A stretch of 64,000 bases of DNA from Nitrosopumilales archaeon (GTDB taxonomy: Archaea; Thermoproteota; Nitrososphaeria; Nitrososphaerales; Nitrososphaeraceae), in the NCBI GenBank assembly GCA_044507735.1, contig JBIQJB010000011.1, forward strand, positions 1 to 64,000. The letters are read 5' to 3'. A program made the translations under genes and the position numbers. Below the pieces are notes generated by a model, which worked only from the letters and a program-made list of their open reading frames with translations, did not search any database and was not told where the DNA came from. Positions 57,024 to 64,000 of this stretch are shown here, piece after piece; position 1 is the stretch's first letter; each line of letters begins with the position of its first letter.

Positions 57024-58530
57024 GGTTCCTGTCTATCCTTAGCACAGATTTTGCAATCTCGCCTGCCGCCTGGAGTGCCATCGTCTTGACCATCAATGGA
57101 TCGATTATGCCCTTCTTCCACATATCGACGGGCTCGCCGGAGTTTATGTCGATTCCAAATCCGGGTGGTGACGCCTTTGCTGCCATGACTTTCTCAAGAC
57201 CATTAAAGCCAGCGTTGGTGAGTATCTGGCGCATTATGCTTTCAAGTGCAGAGGTAACTACCTCAAGCCCCACCTGCTCCAGACCCTTGAGCCTCAGGCT
57301 TTTCACTTTTTCAACCACATGTAATTCAGCAGCGCCTCCGCCCGGAACCACCCCCTTGTTCAAGGCCGCCTCGGCTGCATTGACCCCATCTATTGCCGCT
57401 CTCCAGCGCTCAAGTGATGTTTCCTTGGTTGTTCCTGATACTACTATTGTGACCATGTTGCGCCCCGAGCCACCTTCCAAGTAGATCATGTTGTTGTCCT
57501 CGTCTTCTCTTACGCGCTCTGCTGTGCCGAGGATGTCGTTTCTGTTCAGATCATCCATGACGCGAACAGGTCTAGCCCCGGTGTATCTGGAGAGGTATTC
57601 GATCTCCTCAGTAGAAACCCTCGCTGCAAAGACCCTCTTGGCAACCAGCATATCTTCAACCGCTTGATCCACTTCTGGTGAGGCGATAAGGATCACGTTT
57701 GCTCCTGTAGCAACCATTGCATCCACAATTTCCTTTGACTTCTTGATCCTGTCGTTTTCCATTAGGAGGATCTCTTGGTACTTGTTGTTCTCTTTTATCC
57801 ACGACTCCTTTACTGGCTTTAGATCGAGCTTGGTTATCAGTATCTTTGCACTGTGAACCTCTGTTGGAAGCTCGGGATCAATTTTTGTCCTCTCGAGAAC
57901 TATTCCATTTATTATTTGATCTTCCATGCTTGTCTTGCGGATTACCATTATTGATTTATTGAAATCATATTCTCCATTGTAACGTGCGTTTTCTCCGACC
58001 GTCCGTAATGCAGAAATGACAAGTTCTGCAAGCCTCTTCCCATCAAGCTTTGAAGCCAGAGATGTTCTTACTATTTGCTCAAGCTCAATGTCGGTGATAG
58101 CGATTCGTTTTGCTTCGCTCTCCAACAGCCGGCATGCGTGTCGAACTCCGCTGTCAATGCCCTCGACCACTTTGGTAGGGTGCACTCCTAGCTCCTTTAC
58201 CAGCCTTTTCCCCTCCTTTATCATCTCGGCAGACATCACCACCGCAGTGGTGGTTCCATCGCCAACCAGCTGTTCCTGCCTCTCTGCAATCTCGACTATC
58301 ATCCTCGCCACAGGGTGTATGGCCTTTAGGGAAAGGAGAATGGTAACGCCATCGTTTGACACATGCCTGTTCATCGCCTGGTCTATCAGCAACTTGTCGA
58401 GTCCCTTTGGTCCCAGAGTAGTGCGCACAGTATCAGCAACTGCCATCACAGCGTTAGAATTTGATTCTAGTGCGTTGAGTTCAACATTTTCGGCCACAGG
58501 CCGCCATACTCCGAAATTCGGATTCGACAT
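56974..58530 (-). CDS. Group II chaperonin (thermosome-like) subunit inside the urease operon
   Basis: TTLGPKGLDK, SNDGVTIL, GDGTTT, VPGGGAAE, IIDP, VLRID. Confidence 0.92.
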   Translation of the reverse strand: MSNPNFGVWRPVAENVELNALESNSNAVMAVADTVRTTLGPKGLDKLLIDQAMNRHVSNDGVTILLSLKAIHPVARMIVEIAERQEQLVGDGTTTAVVMSAEMIKEGKRLVKELGVHPTKVVEGIDSGVRHACRLLESEAKRIAITDIELEQIVRTSLASKLDGKRLAELVISALRTVGENARYNGEYDFNKSIMVIRKTSMEDQIINGIVLERTKIDPELPTEVHSAKILITKLDLKPVKESWIKENNKYQEILLMENDRIKKSKEIVDAMVATGANVILIASPEVDQAVEDMLVAKRVFAARVSTEEIEYLSRYTGARPVRVMDDLNRNDILGTAERVREDEDNNMIYLEGGSGRNMVTIVVSGTTKETSLERWRAAIDGVNAAEAALNKGVVPGGGAAELHVVEKVKSLRLKGLEQVGLEVVTSALESIMRQILTNAGFNGLEKVMAAKASPPGFGIDINSGEPVDMWKKGIIDPLMVKTMALQAAGEIAKSVLRIDRNLAAEDLSQQALSETKR

Positions 58531-58638
58531 GGCTATTGAATCAAGCTAGATAAAGATAAAGATTCAAAAGAAGAATAAAAAGGGAAGGAGAGAGCCTGCC
58601 TCCCTGGCAGGTCACACCTTTCACAGGGGAACTCTACG

Positions 58639-60366
58639 CTACGCCATAAAGTATCTCTGCGCAAGCGAGAGTTCTTCTGCGGGGTCTACCGTGGCGATCT
58701 TGCCGTCAAGCTTTACTTCATAGGTCTCCGGATCTATCTCGATCTTTGGTGTCGCATCATTCCACAACATGTCTTTCTTACTGATGTTCCTGCAGTTCTT
58801 CACTGGCAGTACAACCTTTTCCAGTCCTAGTTTCTGTGGAACGCCCAGTTCAATTGAACGTTTGGACATGAACGTGTACGATGTCTTGTGAACCGCCTTA
58901 CCCATGGCTCCAAACATCGGCCTGTAGTATACGGGCTCTGGCGTAGGCAGCGACGCGTTGGGGTCTCCCATTATTGACCACGCTATGAAACCGCCTTTCA
59001 TGACCATCTTGGGTTTTGCTGGGAAGAATGCCATCGGATACATCACAATGTCTGCGTATTTGCCGACCTCGAGCGATCCCAGGTACTCTGACACGCCATG
59101 TGTGATTGCGGGGTTTATGGTCGTCTTCGCAATGTACCTCCTTGCTCTAAAGTTGTCATTGTCTCCTGTTTCCTCTGGCAGCTTGCCGCGCATCTTCTTC
59201 ATCTTGTCTGCAGTCTGCCATGCCCTGATTACCACTTCTCCTATCCTGCCCATCGCCTGGCTGTCAGACGAATACATGCTCAGCACGCCCTCGTCGTGCA
59301 GCACGTCCTCGGCCGCGATGGTCTCAGCCCTGATCCTTGATTCTGCAAATGCTACGTCTTCAGCTACTGCAGGGTTCAGGTGGTGACAGAACATCAGCAT
59401 GTCCAAGTGCTCATCCACAGTATTCTTTGTGAACGGCCTTGTGGGGTTTGTAGAAGATGGCAATGCGAATGTTTCGCCGGCGATCTTCATGATATCTGGC
59501 GCGTGACCTCCGCCTGCGCCCTCTGTGTGATATGTGTGCACCACTCTGCCATCAATTGCGTTTATCGTGTCCTCGACGTACGCACATTCGTTGATAGAGT
59601 CGGTATGGATAGCAAGCTGTGTGTCAGTAAGGTCACAGGCCTTTAGAGACGCATCAAGCACCGCAGCGGTTGTTCCCCAGTCCTCGTGATCTTTAAGACC
59701 ACAGGCTCCAGCTTCAATCTGCTCTATCTGGGTCGCAAGCGACGGGTGAGAATCGTTTCCTTTTCCCAAGAAACCCCAATTCATCGGAGTGTCTTCCACG
59801 GCTTCGAGCATTCTGCTGATGTTGTATACACCAGGAGTGCACGTGGTAGCATTAGTACCGTCTGCCGGCCCAGTTCCACCTCCAATCATGTTGCAAATGC
59901 CGTTGCTGATCCCGTCGATGTACTGCTGCGGAGAAATCATGTGTATGTGTGTGTCAAAGTGACCCGGCGTGCATATTGTGTGTTCTCCAGCAGTTGCTTC
60001 AGTGCAAGCAGAAACAACCATGTTAGGGTTGACTTTGTCCATAGTCAGCGGGTTTCCAGCTTTTCCTATTCCTGCAATCTTGCCGTCCTTGATTCCAATA
60101 TCGGCCTTCACGATACCCAGCACGGGATCCAAAATCACTGCGTTTGTGATCAGAAAGTCAAGGGCGCCATTCTTGTTGGTAACTCCGGGAGTCTGTGCGA
60201 GCCCATCCCTGAGGGTCTTGCCTCCGCCAAAGACACATTCGTCTCCAGGGGTTATCAGATCTTTTTCTATCTGTATGAAGAGATCCGTATCTCCCAGCCT
60301 GACTTTGTCGCCTGTTGTGGGACCGAAGAGGTCCGTGTATTGTTTGCGTGTAAGTTTGAGAACCAT
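58639..60366 (-). CDS. ureC: Urease subunit alpha
   Basis: [42 protein letters not shown]. Confidence 0.98.
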   Translation of the reverse strand: MVLKLTRKQYTDLFGPTTGDKVRLGDTDLFIQIEKDLITPGDECVFGGGKTLRDGLAQTPGVTNKNGALDFLITNAVILDPVLGIVKADIGIKDGKIAGIGKAGNPLTMDKVNPNMVVSACTEATAGEHTICTPGHFDTHIHMISPQQYIDGISNGICNMIGGGTGPADGTNATTCTPGVYNISRMLEAVEDTPMNWGFLGKGNDSHPSLATQIEQIEAGACGLKDHEDWGTTAAVLDASLKACDLTDTQLAIHTDSINECAYVEDTINAIDGRVVHTYHTEGAGGGHAPDIMKIAGETFALPSSTNPTRPFTKNTVDEHLDMLMFCHHLNPAVAEDVAFAESRIRAETIAAEDVLHDEGVLSMYSSDSQAMGRIGEVVIRAWQTADKMKKMRGKLPEETGDNDNFRARRYIAKTTINPAITHGVSEYLGSLEVGKYADIVMYPMAFFPAKPKMVMKGGFIAWSIMGDPNASLPTPEPVYYRPMFGAMGKAVHKTSYTFMSKRSIELGVPQKLGLEKVVLPVKNCRNISKKDMLWNDATPKIEIDPETYEVKLDGKIATVDPAEELSLAQRYFMA

Positions 60367-60387
60367 TTTCTTTTTTCTCCCCTCCTC

Positions 60388-60756
60388 CTATGCTCCGTTA
60401 AAGCCAAGCTGCCTGGCTTTTTCTACCGCCGCGCGCATCACTATGCTTGAATTCAGACCGCCCATTGTCAGTCCATTGAATCCATAGCATATTCTCTTGC
60501 CACCGATTTCGCATAGCTCTACCTCCTTGGTGTCTCCTGGCTCAAACCTGACAGAAGTTCCTGCAGGAATGTTTAGCCTGTATCCGAATGCCTTTTCCCT
60601 GGGAAAGTCCAAGGCCCTATTTACCTCGAAAAAGTGGGTGTGCGAGCCTATCTGACATGGTCTGTCCCCTTTGTTACTTACCGTGATCTTGATAGTCTTC
60701 CTGTTGCCGTTGCAAAGAACGGGGTCCTGTGACAGAACATATTCTCCGGGGATCAT
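60388..60756 (-). CDS. ureB: Urease subunit beta
   Basis: MIPGE, GDRPCQIGSH, RLNIPAGTSVRFEPG. Confidence 0.97.
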   Translation of the reverse strand: MIPGEYVLSQDPVLCNGNRKTIKITVSNKGDRPCQIGSHTHFFEVNRALDFPREKAFGYRLNIPAGTSVRFEPGDTKEVELCEIGGKRICYGFNGLTMGGLNSSIVMRAAVEKARQLGFNGA

Positions 60757-60854
60757 TGGTGTGCTTCTGACCTCCTTTTTTGCAGCCCTATTGGGTTTTT
60801 TTTTGAAACGTTGGTTTTCTTTACCATATTTTTTCCATCATCTCCTCCACATCT

Positions 60855-61157
60855 TTACTGAACGGGATCATGCACCGTGACCAGCTTTGTCCCATCCGGG
60901 AAAGTCGCTTCCACTTGTACTGTATGAATAAGCTCTGGAACTCCAGGCATGACATCGCTCTTCTTCAGAATGGTTCTTGCTGATTGCATGAGTTCAGCCA
61001 CACTTTTGCCTTCTCGGGCGCCTTCAACCACATAGTTTGCAATATATGCTACTGTTTCAGGGTAATTCAGTTTCACTCCTCGCTTTTTTCGCCCTTCTGC
61101 GATCTGGGCAGCCGTCCAGATCCACATCTTCTCCATTTCTCTTGGTGCGAGCATCAT
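60855..61157 (-). CDS. ureA: Urease subunit gamma
   Basis: [19 protein letters not shown]. Confidence 0.97.
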   Translation of the reverse strand: MMLAPREMEKMWIWTAAQIAEGRKKRGVKLNYPETVAYIANYVVEGAREGKSVAELMQSARTILKKSDVMPGVPELIHTVQVEATFPDGTKLVTVHDPVQ

Positions 61158-61290
61158 TTTTGCATGATACCTCTTTGTTCACAAGGTTGAGCGAACTATT
61201 TTAAATTTAGAAAAATGAACCGATACAATAGCAGAAGTATGCCAGTTTTCTGTTGAAGCAAAATCTGTAGAATCAATATTCAAGAAATTT

Positions 61291-61306
61291 AGCCGACATC
61301 GGCTTA
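61291..61306. promoter_or_regulatory. Palindromic candidate operator upstream of ureA
   Basis: AGCCGA-CA-TCGGCT. The 15-mer 61292-61306 recurs inverted at 63302-63316. Confidence 0.55.
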
Positions 61307-61315
61307 ATTGTAATT

Positions 61316-61942
61316 TCACGTACTCTTGGCTTCGTTTTGAAGTTTGCAGTGTGGAGGGAGCACGACATTAACCCAGAAATGCACCTGCTCATATGTCCCA
61401 TTCTTGTTTACGGGCAGTTTGAAGTCAAATTTGCGACCGTTGGAAGTCTTGATCGCAAGAAAATTAGCTACAATCGCCCGGCCGAACATATTTGCAACTG
61501 CTGTTTCTATGCCCTTTCTGAAAATGATTTCTTCTATTTCAGAATACCAGATCGAAGTAAGATAATTCTCACTTTTCTCCAGCTCGTCTGGAGCAAGCGA
61601 GGCTTGCTTCCTTATTTTTGATGGGTCCAAACTCTTTGCTAGAAGAAGATATGGATATGGGGCAAGGCCCGCAACGTAGCCCATATCGGCAAATTTGGTG
61701 ATGAAACTCTTCCTTGTAACAATGATTCTGTCTGTTGTAAAATCCAGATAGAAATTGCTCGACCAGCCTCCTTTGTTTTCCGAACTGAGTCTGAGAATGA
61801 CTTCCTCCGTCCCATTCTTCTTGCACCAGCTGATGAAGAATTGGATTTTTTCTGAATCAGACTTGTCTTTGAGGTCCCGTTTGGCTTCTTCCAAGAAGTG
61901 TTCGAATATAGCAGGATTCACAACCAGTCTATCGAGCTTCAC
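61316..61942 (-). CDS. Hypothetical protein between the urea transporter and ureA
   Basis: 208-aa ORF with GTG start. Confidence 0.7.
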   Translation of the reverse strand: MKLDRLVVNPAIFEHFLEEAKRDLKDKSDSEKIQFFISWCKKNGTEEVILRLSSENKGGWSSNFYLDFTTDRIIVTRKSFITKFADMGYVAGLAPYPYLLLAKSLDPSKIRKQASLAPDELEKSENYLTSIWYSEIEEIIFRKGIETAVANMFGRAIVANFLAIKTSNGRKFDFKLPVNKNGTYEQVHFWVNVVLPPHCKLQNEAKST

Positions 61943-62040
61943 CTAATTCTGTTTTTTCGCTTCCATCATGGATGGCAAAAGAAGGAGAGGTGAGTGGGTG
62001 GAGAGGGTTGCAGCTGCAGCCCTCTTGTCTGCCCGTGATT

Positions 62041-63159
62041 CTAAGGCCTTGACCATCCTAATCCTGCAGGGATATTCTGGAATCCAGATGTTGCAAGCAA
62101 GAATATCCAGGCAGTGAATACAAATGGTCCTGTGAGTGCAGGCAGACCCCACTGTCCAAAGAACCTCTGCAAGGCAGGCATCAAGAACGAGCAGCCGATC
62201 GTAGCAAACACCGCCATCATGAATGACTGCGGAGTAAGCGGGACAAAGCTAGTAAGCGCGATCATTACCAGAACCTGGTTGAAGCCATGCAGCCCCATCC
62301 GTATCTCGGCAGTAGGCAGCTTTGTCAGGATGCCCATAGCGACACCGATTCCAGACCCCAAGAGGGCCATCAGACCTGCCAGATACATTGGCGAGAACTC
62401 GTCCCACTGGGAAGTGTATGCGTTGGTCCACCAGGGCCTTTCTTGGACTCCGGCTATAAAGGGCGCCAGCTCAAAGGCGAGAGTCAGTCCCACGACCCAG
62501 AACACACCAGTCTTCCAGTTTTCTACGAATGTGACTTGGGATACGCCTTTCAAAGTTGCGATCATGAACTCCTTTGGAGTCCATTTGAAACTATCAGACG
62601 TCATTGGATTTCCGCTGCCGGCTATTAATTCCTCCTTGGGTGGAGGTGCAGGAGCTGGCCAGATGTCGTGACCGAACCTCTTTGTTGCATACATCAAGGC
62701 CCAAGTGGTAAAGATGAACGAAGATGTAAAGCCCGGAATTGCCCATCCTTCCGCCGTACCGCCGAGTACGAACAGATCACCCATCAAGTGTGCAAACGCC
62801 ATCCAGGTAAATGCAGTGATCGCAGCTCCAAACACTGAGATGAAGAACGTCGCCTTGTTTGCTTTGACAAACGGACCTGACCAGAACGCCATACCCGTCA
62901 GTATCGAGTTATATCCAAATAGCCCAAATGTTACAAGCCCGTAATCAGCACCTGCAAGAATTGCGACTCCTGCACCAATCAATCCAGCCAGGACCATCAT
63001 CGCACCGGCCTTTCTTGACGCCAAGAAAACACCTGCAAGAATCAGAATTCCAGTGATCGGCGAGCTGAACAGAGGAACTTCCGCGATGCCGTTGAAGAGA
63101 GTAAAGAAGAAGTCCATCACAGGGTCTCCCGTTGAATAAGTCGGAATGGCCATTAGCAT
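62041..63159 (-). CDS. Urea transporter (UT/Yut family)
   Basis: GLFGYNS, KGVSQV, GLHGFNQ, LPALTGPF; internal duplication typical of the UT family. Confidence 0.92.
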   Translation of the reverse strand: MLMAIPTYSTGDPVMDFFFTLFNGIAEVPLFSSPITGILILAGVFLASRKAGAMMVLAGLIGAGVAILAGADYGLVTFGLFGYNSILTGMAFWSGPFVKANKATFFISVFGAAITAFTWMAFAHLMGDLFVLGGTAEGWAIPGFTSSFIFTTWALMYATKRFGHDIWPAPAPPPKEELIAGSGNPMTSDSFKWTPKEFMIATLKGVSQVTFVENWKTGVFWVVGLTLAFELAPFIAGVQERPWWTNAYTSQWDEFSPMYLAGLMALLGSGIGVAMGILTKLPTAEIRMGLHGFNQVLVMIALTSFVPLTPQSFMMAVFATIGCSFLMPALQRFFGQWGLPALTGPFVFTAWIFLLATSGFQNIPAGLGWSRP

Positions 63160-63301
63160 GTCAATCTATGAAAGTATCGTTTAACAATTTGTAATCGACA
63201 TTGATTTATTAGCAAGCACAGAATTTTTTGCGACTGAGACATTCTTTTAGCCATTCCATTGCTTGATTTGAAGGGTATGTTGTCGCGGACCTATCTTAAA
63301 A

Positions 63302-63316
63302 TAAGCCGATGTCGGC
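63302..63316. promoter_or_regulatory. Palindromic candidate operator upstream of the urea transporter
   Basis: TAAGCCGATGTCGGC is the reverse complement of 61292-61306. Confidence 0.55.
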
Positions 63317-63593
63317 AGAATTAGCTGCAACGGGCCGTCGGTCTGCGGTTCTCTACTATGGCCAGGTCAATGCCTCCTGTTGATCGGCTCATCGTTAGCT
63401 GTATAACGAGTAAAGAGAAAACAAGTCAAAGGATCGATATCGAGGTCTCTTAACCCCATGACAGAGGCTTCGGTCTGATCAATTGACCCGGGATGATGGA
63501 GAGGATTTTTGGTGTTTAGCAGGGTTACATTATTCCGACAGATGCAGGGGCACTAGAAAGCATGGAACAGACTGGCATAGCTGCACTTCTGCT

Positions 63594-64000
63594 TTACTTG
63601 ACCAAAACAACAGGAACGGGTGCAGACGTAAGCACTTTGCTGCTAACATGCCCAATTTTCTCGGCATTGCCCAGACCCGTTACGCCCATTGCTATTAGAT
63701 CTACGCCCAGCTTCTCTGCCATCTCAATTATCTTGGTCGCAGGGTCACCCAGCTTTACCACTCTTTCATATTTTATCGAATGGCCCCTCCTTGGGAGCAG
63801 GATGCTCCTTAGCATTTTCTTTCCCTGCTCCTCCATGGCATCTGCTAGTTCATCATCAATGGATTCGTCGTTTTCGTCCACCCACTCTATCACGTTCAGA
63901 ATGTACACAGTGGTGGGAGTAGCAGCTATTTTCCCTATGCCGCCGTTGACAATTTCTATTGCTGAATTCAGAGCCCTCAATGATTGGATCGACCCATCTA
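63594..64000 (-). CDS. Universal stress protein (5' end beyond the window)
   Basis: DGSIQS at the window edge, GDPATKII..DLIAMG..G..IGHVSSKV..PVPVVLV. Confidence 0.9.
   Translation of the reverse strand, partial: DGSIQSLRALNSAIEIVNGGIGKIAATPTTVYILNVIEWVDENDESIDDELADAMEEQGKKMLRSILLPRRGHSIKYERVVKLGDPATKIIEMAEKLGVDLIAMGVTGLGNAEKIGHVSSKVLTSAPVPVVLVK

Noticed and set aside
60757-60830. Phase-variable A9 tract frameshifting an N-terminal extension of ureB
   Set aside because: ureB is complete from MIPGE with its own GGAGG upstream. A homopolymer error or neutral variation is equally likely.

Overview
Archaeal chromosome segment, most likely a soil ammonia-oxidising thaumarchaeon of the Nitrososphaera type (inferred from the archaeal rpl2, CCA-adding enzyme, PCNA, thermosome, intron-containing tRNA and urease/urea-transporter cluster). 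Positions ~1146-37113 are a ~36 kb element integrated at the 3' end of tRNA-Pro(GGG), bounded by a 19-bp direct repeat. A second, related integrase lies just outside its left boundary, suggesting tandem elements. The element core comprises a tyrosine integrase, divergent regulators, a 1792-aa fusion of a Prim-Pol primase, an AAA+ ATPase and a proofreading family-B DNA polymerase, a putative SSB, and TerS/TerL terminase genes. No capsid, portal or tail genes are recognisable. The terS-terL-Zn-finger-PCNA block is duplicated, and the two copies have decayed reciprocally. Cargo includes a defence island (uncharacterised PD-(D/E)xK gene pair, frameshifted beta-CASP MBL nuclease, N6-adenine MTase plus PLD-SNF2 helicase, EVE pseudogene) and cell-surface genes. 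Positions 37.2-64 kb are host genes: ABC transporter, sulfite reductase, rpl2, cca, two deoxyhypusine-synthase paralogues flanking a ~400-nt highly structured non-coding region, and a urease operon with an embedded chaperonin. A palindromic motif is shared by the ureA and urea-transporter upstream regions.
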